Assembly (NCBI RefSeq): GCF_006345805.1
Contig: NC_043013.1
Coordinates: 38,812,001-38,876,000 of the forward strand
DNA: 64,000 bases
DNA from: Octopus sinensis
Taxonomy: Eukaryota
Reading direction: 5' to 3'
The number at the start of each line of letters is the position of its first letter. Position 1 is the stretch's first letter. Shown here one piece after another: positions 28,433 to 40,985 of this stretch. A program made the translations under genes and the position numbers. The notes below the pieces were generated by a model. It searched no databases, was not told the origin of the DNA, and worked only from the letters and a program-made list of their open reading frames with translations.

Positions 28433-29077
28433 TAATAATAATAATTATTATTATTATTATTATTATTATCATTATTATTATTATTTCGAATTTTGAAACA
28501 AGGCCAGCAATTTTGGGGAAGACCTCAGTGTTCAAATGGTACTTAATTTAACGACTCCGAAAGGATGGAAGGCAAAGTCAACATAAGCAGTATTTGGACT
28601 CAAAATGTTAAGACAGACGAAATGTCGCTCGCATAATAAATGTTCCCTAAGTTGTACCGATGTCCTGTTGATCTTTGATGCCATTGTTTTTTTTGCTCGC
28701 GTATGTATGTATGTATATGTATGTGTGTATGTATGTATGCATGCATGTATGTATGTATGTATGTATGCATGTATGTATGTATGTATGTATGTATGTATGT
28801 ATGTATGTATGTATGTATGTATGCATGTATGCATGTATGTATGTATGTATGTATGTATGCATGCATGTATGTATGTATGCATGTATGTATGTATGTATGC
28901 CTGCATGTATGTATGTGGGCGGGTAGGTATGTACATATCTGTCTGTATATCTGCCTGTTTGCCTGTCTTCTGTCTCTGTATGATAGACTTTATATGTTAG
29001 ACGTTTAATTGAAATACATAAAATTTCATTTGTCTGAGACATACACACATATGCATGTACTTATTCATATATGTATG

Positions 29078-29109
<32 letters not shown>

Positions 29110-29112
<3 letters not shown>

Positions 29113-29862
29113 GAACAAACCCGATGTTACGGAGAACAGCGACACACATAGGTCTTTTTAAATAGTAACTGTAATTATATATTATTCATATATGGTCCAT
29201 TTAGTGCGACTATACCTAAGCAATTGACCAAAAAAAAGATGGGCCGAACCACTGCGAATTGAACACATCAATGCTTACACGGTTCCGGACGCACCCAATT
29301 CAGCCACAAAGCCCACATTGCCCTTTTTTCGGTCGCTTGTTTAGGTTTAATATCTCTAAATGGAGCATATCTTTATATATAAAAGTGAAGTTGTGTGTCT
29401 CTCTCCTACGATTTAGATTCCTAACTACTCCCACATTTTGTGATGCAGTGTAACTAAAAGCGGGTATCTTATAGTCGTGATTCATATCGAGCCCTTCTGG
29501 GTATTAGCGCGCGTCTACGATGAGTGTACGATTTTTAAAAACAATTTACCATCCTTTTTTCCCATTTTTAATGCATTTTTTGCTATTATATAAGGGAAAT
29601 AACTCTTTAAAAATGTATTATTAAATCTCAGATTGTAAAAAGCTACAGTAACACCCCCCTTTGTGATTAGCCATATTGAGATGGCTATTATACTTTACAT
29701 CTCTAAAAATGCTTATATAGTTATTTCCCTTACAAACCCCGGCAAAGCCGGGCGATACTGCTAGTATTATTATATAAATGATATATAATTACAGTTATTA
29801 TTAAAAAGGACCCATGTGTGTCTCTCTTCTCCGTAATTTACAGCCTTCGGGTTTGTTTACAA
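29110..29862. repeat. Diverged foldback element interrupted by a Helitron
   Basis: Arms GTGAACAAACCCGA..TTACGGAGAAC..GTAACTGTAATTATATA and TATATAATTACAGTTA..CTCCGTAA..TCGGGTTTGTTTAC; an extra inverted internal piece lies at 29900-30035. Confidence 0.7.
29370..29764 (+). mobile_element. Non-autonomous Helitron
   Basis: A|TC start, CTAG|T end, hairpin CCCGGC-AAA-GCCGGG (29738-29752). Confidence 0.85.
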
Positions 29863-30144
29863 AGGCTAACATTATCTATACATTAAATTGATGAAATTGA
29901 TGAGTGGGCTATGTGACTGAATTGGGTGTGTACGGAGCCATGTAAGCATTGATGTCGTTTTCAAATCGCAGTGGTTCGGCGGTCCCTCTTTTTTCGGTTA
30001 ATTGTTTAGGTTTCATCGGTCTAAACGGAGAGTATATTATTATATAAATAATACATATATACATACATACATATATACATACATACATATATACATACAT
30101 ACATACATATATACATACATACATATATACATACATACATACAT

Positions 30145-30181
<37 letters not shown>

Positions 30182-30182
30182 C

Positions 30183-30221
<39 letters not shown>

Positions 30222-31302
30222 GAGAGAGAGAGAGAGATAAATACACTTGCAAATACAAACTCTCACGCATACGCACATTTCTACACTTTTAAACGTACAT
30301 TTGCGTGTAGAATCACAGATTTTATTGAGAAAAGATAGGGAATTTATGTATCTAATGTTATCTAATGCTAGCCCCCCGCTCACATTATCAGTATAGGATG
30401 TTTTCTCACTTTTGGTTCTGCCGATATAATCAATGATATCACAGGCATGCCTATCGCATCTTTATTGTCTTTAACAACAAGTATTACATCAGCTGCAATA
30501 TTTAATGTGTACAATGACTTTAAGTTTAGACTGAGCTGCTATTGTTTCTTGTTAATCGGGAACAGGATAGAGGTTACATCATATTAAGACTTTTGTAGGA
30601 AACACTTGGCTTTGATTAATGATTCATGTGTTGGAAGATATTTCTTAACTCTATTACACTCTACATTTAGTAAGTTATTTACTGTATTTACTAGTCTTCT
30701 AATTAGTAAATATCTGTGAGAAACATCAAATTTAGTTCTATCTACAATCACCACACAACCACTCCGATGTATCTTTAACTAACTTGTATATTGCCAACCA
30801 ATAGAATATTGTGTAACGTAAGCATGACAAGTACTATAAAACGAATGAATAAGAACACTATTATGTACAAACTAGTATCCTCTGGACCATACTGATCACG
30901 TTTAGGCGATAAAGTACTTGAAGCAGCACTTCTGGTTTGACAGACACGCTTAAAATATTCCCCACTTCTAACTTATGATACTATGTCACCAACTGTTGAC
31001 AAAGATCATCTCGTAAGCTATAAAGGACAGAGGAAAAAACGACTGTAACCAGAAATTGTTAAGTTTCTAACAATTTCTGATAAAAATTTGTTCCAGCTGA
31101 AATGTCCTACTAACAAAACAATTTTGATCTCCCTGTCGTCTGCCTGTCACACAGAGTTTTATTTTCATTTCTTCTCTTTGATATGTCTGTATTCCTTTGT
31201 CTTGAAAATTTACAAATATTTCGTGATTTAATTGTCACATCGTCTTTGATTTCATTGTTTCTCATTTTGTTATTTCAGATATCAGCACACACTGGTTCAA
31301 CT

Positions 31303-33262
31303 ATGATTCACTTCAACATAATTGTATTCCTCCTAGGGCTCTTATCACCATTAGTTTATTCTCATGGTTGTCGTATGGAAGACGACGTGTGTGAGTTTAA
31401 GCTGGTAATTTCCTATAAATTAACTATGCTATACAATAAGATCTTGGTACTACCCCATAATGGAAAACTCTACAAATATGACGTCACTAATTTTACAAAT
31501 GCTCAACCGATACCAACTGATAAAGTCATTACGATGGATGGTTTCTCTGAGTCAGTTAAGGTGATTGCAGTTAATGGCACAGTTCCTGGACCAACAATAG
31601 AAGTTTATAAAGGACAAAGAGTCATCATTGAAGTAGAAAACCGATTATTTTCAGAATCTACAACAATACATTGGCACGGCATTCATCAAAAAGGAACACC
31701 TCATATGGATGGCGTACCTTGGGTTTCACAGTGTCCAGTTCAACCAGGTCAGTCGTTCAGATATGAATTTAATGTTACACAAACTGGAACTTATTGGTAC
31801 CATTCTCATCTTGGGACACAACGTACGATGGGACTATTTGGTGGTTTTATAATACACGAAAAGACAAAACGTAAAATGGAAGAACATGTGATGTTAATAA
31901 AAGACTACAACCATAACTGGGACTCCGATGTGAGTTACTTAAAAATGAAATTCGGATTCTATTGGAACCGTAAAAACATTGGCAGTTCCAAATCTCTAGA
32001 TGGGGCACATTTTAGTCTTTTTAATTTCCATTCTGGTATTGTGAATGGTCGAGGCCGTTATTATGATGAAACAGGGAAACATAATGGGGCTCCACTGACT
32101 GTCTTTGAAGTAGAACAAGGTAAAGAGTATCGTTTTAGAGTGATCGCTGCAGGGTACCTTTACCCGTTTGAAGTGTCTGTTGATGGTCACCAGATGGTAG
32201 TCGTTGCCTCTGATGGTTTTGACCTAAAACCAACAGCTGTTGATTATTTCATCCTCAGTCCGGGTGAGAGATTTGACTTTATATTGAAGGCAAATAACTC
32301 TGTCGGAAATTATTGGATTCGTGGAAAAACAATGGAAATTGAAAAAAATAATACATTTGAAGCAATTCTTCGTTATAAGGGTGCACTGGACGAAGAACCC
32401 AACTCCACGGTTTCTGACTGCGTTCAACAAAAGGACTGCACTTTACTCAACTGCCCCTTTCTTTATTATCCCGAGAAAAGTAATAAACGGTGTTTACAGT
32501 TTAATGACTTGGAACTTGATTACCCTGTTGTTGTACCTCCATACAAGTCTGGGAGGTTTGAGGAATATTTTTTAAATTTTGCTTTTCCTGGCGAGCCAGG
32601 ATACACACCAGCATCAGTAAATGGTCGTGTGTTCGTGGAACCCACGGTAAACCCTTTAACACAACCAAAAGAAATAGATAGTCTGTGTGATAATGCCAAC
32701 TGCGGTGTTGATAAAGTGTGTCGGTGTACTTATTCTATAAACCTGAAATATCGTGATACAATTCAAGTTGTAATGACAAATCTTGGAAAAGGTAAAGGGT
32801 TCTCCCACCCTATACACATGCATGGACATTCATTTTATGTAGTTAAAATGGGGTTTCCAAAATACAATGAAACAACGGGAGAAATAATAAATGATACTGT
32901 AGATATTGATTGCAGAGGTGATCCGAAAATGAACTATTGTAATGATGCGGTTTGGTCAAATAGCAACTGGGAAGGAGACAACATCCCCGGAATGAATTTA
33001 CGAACCCCCCCTCAAAAGGATACAATTATGGTCCCTACAGGTGGATACGTTGTAGTGAGAATAGTGGCCGATAATCCTGGAGTATGGATCATGCACTGCC
33101 ATATTGAATTACACAGTAAGGACGGAATGGCAATGGTTCTAAATGAATCTTTTGCCCACTTACCAAAAATCCCTGTCAATTTCCCTGCATGTCGAAGTTT
33201 CGAGAAAGGAGTTTATAATGAAGAAACAAAAGGTGTTGGTGATAAAAATACTTCAGAACACG
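31303..33262 (+). CDS. Multicopper oxidase (laccase-like, three cupredoxin domains), main coding exon
   Basis: Signal peptide MIHFNIIVFLLGLLSPLVYS after acceptor TATTTCAG (31278); all four Cu motifs HWHG, WYHSH, HPIHMHGH and HCHIELHSKDGM; donor CACG|GTAAGG at 33262. Confidence 0.95.
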
Positions 33263-33630
33263 GTAAGGAATAGTTTTCAATAACTTATTTTATCGTTTCT
33301 CAGCAATCTCGTTTCTTTTCTTTTCTTTTCTTTTCTTTTCTTTCTTTTTTTGTCTTTTTTTTATATCGTTGTCTTTTATCTTTTTCATGTTTCATTCATT
33401 GGAATACAGCCATGCTGAATCACCGCTTTGAAGGATTTAGTCAAACAAATCAATACTAGCACTCATTTTTAATCCTGGTACTAATTCTATCTGTCGGCTT
33501 TGTTGAACCACTGAGTTAAAGGAACATAAACAAACCAACTCCGGTTGTCTGATAGGAGACAAATGCTAAGGCGCATATACAGACACACATACACTTACAC
33601 CTACACATAAATTTATATATTGTTCATGTT

Positions 33631-33850
33631 AAGGCGGCGAGCTGGTAGAAACGTTAGCACGCCGGGCGAAATTCGTCTGTCGTTACGTTCCGAGTTCAAA
33701 TTCCGCCGAGGTCGACTTTGCCTTTCATCCTTTCGGGGTCGATAAATTAAGTACCAGTTACGCACTGGGGTCGATGTAGTCGACTTAATCCCTTTGTCTG
33801 TCCTTGTTTGTCCCCTCTGTGTTTAGCCCCTTGTGGGCAGTAAAGAAATA
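33631..33850 (+). mobile_element. SINE family A (intronic)
   Basis: GGCGGCGAGCTGGTAGAA..GAGTTCAAATTCCGCC..CCTTTCATCCTTTCGGGGTCGATAAA..CCCCTTGTGGGCAGTAAAGAAATA. Confidence 0.88.
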
Positions 33851-34050
33851 TATATATTTTTCATGTAAGAATTCGATAAAATTTCGAAAGAACGTGAAAT
33901 AATTCTTTTTTGCGAACTTGACCTCGAAAGACATAAATGGAGATGTGGGTTCGGATCCCACAGACAGCTTTCGAATTTTTGTATCCAAATGTATTTTTGA
34001 ACACAATATCGAAATTTTGTTATTTATAGCATTTACGTGCTTCGAGATCC

Positions 34051-35034
34051 AGTTTATAAAGAACAAAGAGTCATCATTGAAGTAGAAAACCAATTATTTT
34101 CAGAATCTATAACAATACATTGGCACGGCTTGCATCAAAGAGAAACATCACATATGGATGGTGTACCTTGGGTTACACAGTGTCCAATTCAACTAGGTCA
34201 GACGTTCAGATATGAATTTAATGTTACACAAACTGGAACATTTTGGTACCATTCTCATCTTGGGACACAACGTACGATGGGACTATTTGGCGGTTTGATA
34301 CTACACGAAAAGACAAAACGTAAAATGGAAGAACATGTAATGGTAATCTCAGACTACAATCATGACTGGGATTCCGATATGAGTTTTTTAAAAGTTAGCA
34401 TGGGACTTTATGTGAATAACCAAAAGGTTGGTATTACCAGTTCTCTTGAAGGAGGGCTTTTTAGTCTCTTTCAGTTCAATTCCGGAACTGTGAATGGTCG
34501 GGGCCGTTATTATGATGAGTCAGGGAAACATAATGGGGCTCCACTGACTGTCTTTGAAGTAGAAACAGGTAAAGAATATCGTTTTAGAGTGATCGCTGCA
34601 GGGGCTCTGTATCCATTTGAAGTATCTATTGATGGTCACCAGATGGTAGTCATTGCCTCTGATGGTTTTGACATAAAAACAAAACACCTGTTGATTACTT
34701 TATCATCAACCCCGGTGAGAGATTTGACTTCACAATACATGCAAATAACTCTGTCAGAAATTACTGGATCCGCGGACAGACAATGCAAATAGACAAAAAT
34801 AATACATTTGAAGCAATTCTTCGATATAAAGGTGCACCGGTCGAAGAACCTAACTCCACAGTTTCTGACTGCATACAACAAAAGAACTGCACTTTACTCA
34901 ACTGTCCCTTTCTTTATGATCCCTATAGAAGTGATAAACCATGTTTAACTTTTGGTGACTTAGAATCTAATTATCAGGATGTACCGCCTTTCCGGTCTGG
35001 AAAGTTTGAGGAACAGTTTTTAAATTTTGTTTTC
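34051..35034 (+). pseudogene. Partial multicopper oxidase paralogue (domains 1-2) inside the intron
   Basis: Aligns to about 31603-32587; retains HWHG and WYHSH; one +2 frameshift near 34680; no signal peptide or domain 3. Confidence 0.88.
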
Positions 35035-35109
35035 TGCTATCAACTGCAAACGAAGATGAGATTCTCCGGGAATTTTAAAGGTAATTACTTTTTCCAGGTA
35101 TTTCTTTAG

Positions 35110-35153
35110 TTTTGCCATCAGGACACGGACGCACATACAATAAAGGAAACAAC
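35110..35153 (+). CDS. Possible small internal exon of the multicopper oxidase
   Basis: TTTCTTTAG acceptor and GTAAGT donor; in frame after the 33262 donor (VLPSGHGRTYNKGNN), but it ends in phase 0, which does not match the phase-1 last exon. Confidence 0.3.
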
Positions 35154-36219
35154 GTAAGTTCATTTCGTAAATTAGGATGAATACCTGTTCGTAAAGAGTT
35201 GCAGTCCTTTACTCTTGACCAATTTAGAAAATGATTGTGTGGAGAGAAAAGAATCCTGATGTTCGAGCAATGTTTTCCATCGTGGCAGTGCTGGTGGTGG
35301 TGATTGTGGTGGTGGTTGATCATCGTTGTTGCCAAAACTATATTTCGTATTACTATGTTATTATTCAAACTGTATACGTAAATCTATTGTGGATTTCCTA
35401 GCAGATTACGTGAATGAAAAACGAAAATCAATGACAAACTAATGTGTTACTAGTTGTTCTCTTTGGATTAAGTGAATTAATTTTGTTTCTGGAGGATTCT
35501 CAGTGTAATGTGTTGTATTAGTTTGGCAAACAAGGAAGTTATTCGTTGTAGGAACGCAATTCAATATTGACTGATGTATATCGCAGATGTACGGCTATGT
35601 TTCATGAGTGACGTCCTTAACTTGGAAAGCAAAGCTACTACAAACATTGCAAATAATAAACAAATAAACTCTTACTAGTGATCATTGGAATGGAAGTCAT
35701 CAAAATTATGGAGTGATACACAGAGAACAAACACGTATTGAAATTAAAATGGTACCAGTAGCTGCGTGTGCATGAATTATTTTTTGTCAGATGATGTGGA
35801 AACTGAAGAAACAAATGTATTTTTTACAGCAATAGGCTTATGGATAGAGTGCTAAATATTTAGAGAGTCTTAGTAGCATTTTATGCTATTAGATCTTCAG
35901 TAATAGAGATATATTATTTAATTATATTGTTACATAAGTGAGAGGGAAATGACTTCTTGAAATGCAACTGCCATTGAAGTTTTATATATTTTTATATAAT
36001 CTAAGCCAAGCGCATTAGATCCCCTGGAAGAAAGCTTCGAATGTATACAACGCGAGGACGGAAAACGAACGAAGTACATAAACAAAAATACAGAATACGT
36101 GACACCAATAAGAATACAAAAACGTAAAAACAATAACGGTAAAAATAAAAATAAAAAATAAACAACAAAACAAAACCAGGACGTAGGACAAGGGTCTTTC
36201 GACAGGACGAGTTGAGTAT

Positions 36220-36298
<79 letters not shown>

Positions 36299-36467
36299 CA
36301 AAATCCCTCAGAAGGGAGTGGGAGAAAGAATAATATAAGTGAAGGGAGAGGAGAGAAAATAGTCATTCAGTGAAGGAGAAATAGGGAGAGTAATAGCCAT
36401 GACTGAGAGGGAGTGAGAAAAAATAACAGCAATGTAAGAGAGGAAGTGGTAAAGAGAGTGTTGTGTA

Positions 36468-36916
36468 TCTTATCTTCTACTATAATAATACTCTTGTGTA
36501 TTTCTCCGCCGCAACATATGAATAAGAAGGGAAGGGGTGATAGATGATTAAGGAAAGAAGGGGTGAGGGCAAACTTGGTAGTGGGATGATAGAAGTCCTA
36601 CGGTGAAGAAAAATCAAACAGCGTTTCATCTTTGCGTGAGTATGTGTGTGTGTGTATATAAAAGGAAGTCATGGAAGTGTGTGTGTATGTTTGTGTATGT
36701 GTGTGTGTGTGTGAATGCAATGAAAGTGCGATGGTAAACATTCAACGCTGAAAAGAAAAATCAAACACCGTTTCAACTCTGTGTGAATATATTTGTGTAA
36801 GCGTCTGCGTGAACAAGGAAAGTGTGTGAATATATGTATCTCTGATTATTATGTACCTTATTTATATATAAAATACTACAATTAGGCGTCATTTTTGACG
36901 GCACAGGGCCAGCTAG
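36468..36916 (+). mobile_element. Probable non-autonomous Helitron (third family), intronic
   Basis: A|TC..TCTACTATAATAA start, hairpin CGTCA-TTTT-TGACG about 12 nt before CTAG|T. Confidence 0.6.
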
Positions 36917-36988
36917 TCTTTTTTTTAATTATTTGCTATTTGTGTATCTACCTAATAAACTCAATATTGTATTTCTTTTCATTTACAG

Positions 36989-37086
36989 CTGCAGGCGACT
37001 ACATGGTACGAGTGGCACTTGGAGTTCTAATCGCTGTCGTCTGTATCCTGGTCTTGTTGTTGTTGTTCTGGTGTTCCTTGTTATAA
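36989..37086 (+). CDS. Probable last coding exon of the multicopper oxidase (hydrophobic anchor)
   Basis: Polypyrimidine tract plus TTTACAG acceptor, phase 1 matching the 33262 donor; encodes AAGDYMVRVALGVLIAVVCILVLLLLFWCSLL*. Confidence 0.65.
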
Positions 37087-37224
37087 GGAAGCAAAAGAAT
37101 TAACTTTGAAAATCACCTGAAATCAATACGATCATAGATAGAAGTGGGGGAGAGTGGGGTGGGGCGAATCTAAGATTTGCTAAGGTAATTTTGTGGGGTC
37201 TGTAAGTGCATAGTGTAAGGTTCG

Positions 37225-37570
37225 AGTGGCGTTTGGTAACTGATGTGTGTCGTGGGTCATGTATGTACTTGGTGGTATATAGTACAGATAGTGTATTAGT
37301 AACAGTATATGGTGTGATAGAACACCATAACGACGGCATTATTAATTTTACATTATTACGACACTATTATTAATGTGTGTGTGTGTGTGTGTGTATTTGT
37401 GTGTGTGTCTGTGTGTGTTGAGTGGGGTTTGGTAACTGATGTGTGTCGTGGGTTATGGATGTACTTGCTGGTATATAGTACAGATAGTGTATTAGTGATA
37501 CAACACCATTACGACGGCATTATTAATTTTGCATTATTACTACACTATTATTAATGTGTGTGTGTGTGTG
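37225..37570 (+). repeat. Tandem duplication of about 195 bp ending in (TG)n
   Basis: GTTTGGTAACTGATGTGTGTCGTGGGT...ACACTATTATTAATGTGTG occurs twice. Confidence 0.8.
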
Positions 37571-37612
37571 AGCGTGTGTGTCTGATAGTGTAGTAATAAT
37601 GGTATTTGTGGA

Positions 37613-37998
37613 GGCGCAATGGCCCAGTGGTTAGGGCAGCGGACTCGCGGTTATAGGATCGCGGTTTCGATTCCCAGACCGGGCGTTCTTAGTGTTTATT
37701 GAGCGAAAACACCTAAAAAAGCTCCACGAGGCTCCGGTAGGGGATGGTGGTGATCCCTGCTGTACTCTTTCACCACAACTTTCTCTCACTCTTACTTCCT
37801 GTTTCTGTTGTACCTGTATTTCAAGGGGCCGGCCTTGTCACTCTCTGTGTCACGCTGAATATCCCCGAGAACTACGTTAAGGGTGCACGTGTCTGTGGAG
37901 TGCTCAGCCACTTACACGTTAATTTCACGAGCAGGCTGTTCCGTTGATTCGGATCAACCGGAACCCTCATCGTCGTAACCGACGGAGTACTTCCATCC
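37613..37998 (+). mobile_element. SINE family C (long form)
   Basis: GGCGCAATGGCCCAGTGGTTAGGGCAGCGGACTCGCGG...GGTTTCGATTCCC; AATAATGGTATTT flanks both sides as a probable TSD. Confidence 0.88.
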
Positions 37999-38453
37999 AA
38001 TAATGGTATTTATTCATAATTAGTGAAAGCTGTCTTCATTGACGTTATTATTGTTTAACTCTAGGTTCGAACCTATTGAATAGCCACGACCATCCCGTCT
38101 GGTATGTAAATAATTTTTCTAGGATTACGTTATCTATCATGTCCAGTTTTTGCTTTAGAACGGAGGTAGATTTTTGACTTCTAATTTTATCAACTCGAGT
38201 TGACGCGTAAATATCCACTCGTTGAGATCGTATAACCATTGAAGTAAATTGTGGGTTTCTTTATGTTAATCTAACAATTATAAACGCTGTTTTGTCCAGA
38301 GCATTGGTATTTAATAGTTGTAGACAGCAGAAGTGAAGCGTATATACTAAAAGAGTTAATGAGTGATACTGAAAGGGTAGAAGTATGATTCGAACCATTA
38401 TCCTCAAGCTTATAACTAATACAATGTTTTAATAAAAGCGCGTTTGTATAAGA

Positions 38454-38484
<31 letters not shown>

Positions 38485-39771
38485 TCTTATTTCACAAAAC
38501 AGTTGAAATAAATTTCTAGTATCAACTTCTCTATTGATATATTCAAATACACCTTTTATGATAACAAATATATGCAATGTCACTAATAATCTCATGTCCA
38601 AAAATTTCTTGAAGGCTGTTTATATTATTGGTTGCTATTAAAAGTCTTCGGTATTCAGCCTTATCTGGATTTTAAAATACAGTGATCATGTTTTGGTTTA
38701 AATCTGCCGCCTGTTCCGATATGTAAGTTCGTACATCAGATATTCGGTTCAGCCTAAATTTAAATTACTTACGTGACATAACTCTCCATTTTTCCAGTTT
38801 TAGTTATCTCTCTTGTTACTTCGAACTGTTGATTTCTGTTCATAGTTGGTTTCTTGTTTTATGGCTTCACTTGATGGTTTCGGACACTTATTTCGCTGCG
38901 AGGGTGAAGCCCATATCAGTCACGTGATATCTTAAAACCTTCCAGAATCGTTAGTATGCCGAACAAAATGCTAAGCGGCATTTCGTCTGCCTTTATGTTC
39001 TAAATTCAAATTCCGCCGAGATTGACTTTGCCGTGCCATTCATCCTTTCAGAGTCGATAAAATAAGTACGGGTTGAGTACTGGTATAAACGTAACAGATT
39101 TAGCCCTACCCCTTAAATTGCAGGCGTTGTGCCAATATTTGAAACCATTCTCCAAATCCTTACTTTTCGCTGATTAAACAGTTTAAAACATATCGTGTAA
39201 AAAACTATTTTCGGAAGTAAGGACAATAATGGATTTCCCCTTAAGGCTACATGGCGGTGTAAACCATAGTATATTGCCATTGTTATTGCAGTCTTATTGT
39301 TTTAGACAGCAGGAAGATAGTGATAACTGTAAAAATAAAAAAAAGTTATGTCAATGCTCCCCAAACCGAATCGCTGGCATACTAAACTACAGTCCAGGTA
39401 GAAAGAGAAATATTTAGGCTGAACAAAGAATACATAGGCAATACTTTTTTCCTTTTGCTTCATTAGAATGTGCTAATTGCTTTTTGAATACAAATATATA
39501 CATAGCTGAGGTGTGAACGAATCTAGATGCAAAACGGCGAAAAGACGTGTAAAAGAAATGTGAGAGAGGATGAATAGGATACCCAGCAAGGAGAAGGTTA
39601 GATTAAACTAGTGATGTCCTGTTACCTGGATAGCTAAGATTATAATTACAAATTTAGAAAATACTGAGGTGATTCAATTGCTTTAATTGACATAGAAACA
39701 TATTTAATGGGTTTAAAAATTGAATATGAATAATAGTTTCATAACGATTTTAATAGTGTATTAAGATATTT

Positions 39772-39774
<3 letters not shown>

Positions 39775-39815
<41 letters not shown>

Positions 39816-39998
39816 ACTTAAATCAGAAAATGAATCGCAGACTAAAAGGTCAGATATATAGCATATGACATGTTCTAGAAATAACGTTAATTTGGGTGAG
39901 AGAGTGAGTGAATGAGAGAGAGGGAGAGAGAGACACAGAGAGAGAGAGAGACAGACAGACAGGCATACAGACAGACAAATAAATGGATAGACAGATAT

Positions 39999-40029
<31 letters not shown>

Positions 40030-40034
40030 TATAT

Positions 40035-40075
<41 letters not shown>

Positions 40076-40329
40076 TTAAATCAGTAAATGAATCGTAGAC
40101 TAAAAGGTCAGATAGATAGCATATAACAGATGTTTTAGAAATAGCGTTAAATTGGGTAAGAGAGTGAGTGAATGAGAGGGAGAAGGAGAGACAGACAGAC
40201 AGACAGGGAGAGACAGACAGACAGGGAGAGACAGACAGACAGGGAGAGACAGGGTGAGAGAGACAAAAAGAGACAGACAGAGAAGGCAGACAGAAGAGAC
40301 AGACAGGCATACAGACAGACAAATAATGA

Positions 40330-40394
<65 letters not shown>

Positions 40395-40411
40395 CAGATA
40401 TATAGATAGAT

Positions 40412-40449
<38 letters not shown>

Positions 40450-40522
40450 GAGAGAGAGACACAGAGAGAGAGAGACAGACAGACAGGCATACAGACAGAC
40501 AAATAAATGGATAGACAGATAT

Positions 40523-40553
<31 letters not shown>

Positions 40554-40558
40554 TATAT

Positions 40559-40601
<43 letters not shown>

Positions 40602-40860
40602 TTAAATCAGTAAATGAATCGTAGACTAAAAGGTCAGATAGATAGCATATAACAGATGTTTTAGAAATAGCGTTAAATTGGGTAAGAGAGTGAGTGAATG
40701 AGAGAGAGGGAGAAGGAGAGACAGACAGACAGACAGGGAGAGACAGACAGACAGGGAGAGACAGACAGACAGGGAGAGACAGGGTGAGAGAGACAAAAAG
40801 AGACAGACAGAGAAGGCAGACAGAAGAGACAGACAGGCATACAGACAGACAAATAAATGA

Positions 40861-40925
<65 letters not shown>

Positions 40926-40942
40926 CAGATATATAGATAGAT

Positions 40943-40983
<41 letters not shown>

Positions 40984-40985
40984 TA
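39775..40985 (+). repeat. Higher-order tandem repeat of mixed (AG)n, (ACAG)n and (AGAT)n with a unique core
   Basis: Core GAACTTAAATCAG..GACTAAAAGGTCAGATA at about 39814, 40072 and 40598; last two units (about 530 bp) nearly identical. Confidence 0.85.

Larger units (their letters stand above)
23767..28490. repeat. Extended degenerate (ATT/TAA)n microsatellite field with nested insertions
   Basis: Long tracts of ATT with ATC, AGT and TTC variants, interrupted by a unique stretch at about 24.1-24.7 kb, R4/Dong fragments and repeat F. Confidence 0.9.

Noticed and set aside
23660-29048. Long ORFs of poly-I/Y/L/N and (YVCM)n
   Set aside because: Translations of ATT and TATG microsatellites with no coding signature; the same applies to the YI and HT-rich ORFs at 17-19, 42-43 and 62-63 kb
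31183-31302. First 40 codons of the 696-aa ORF
   Set aside because: Mostly the pyrimidine-rich intron end before acceptor TTTCAG (31278); the signal peptide starts at ATG 31303
35791-35816. Extra micro-exon of the multicopper oxidase
   Set aside because: Acceptor plausible, but the donor is weak and the phases do not reconcile with neighbouring exons
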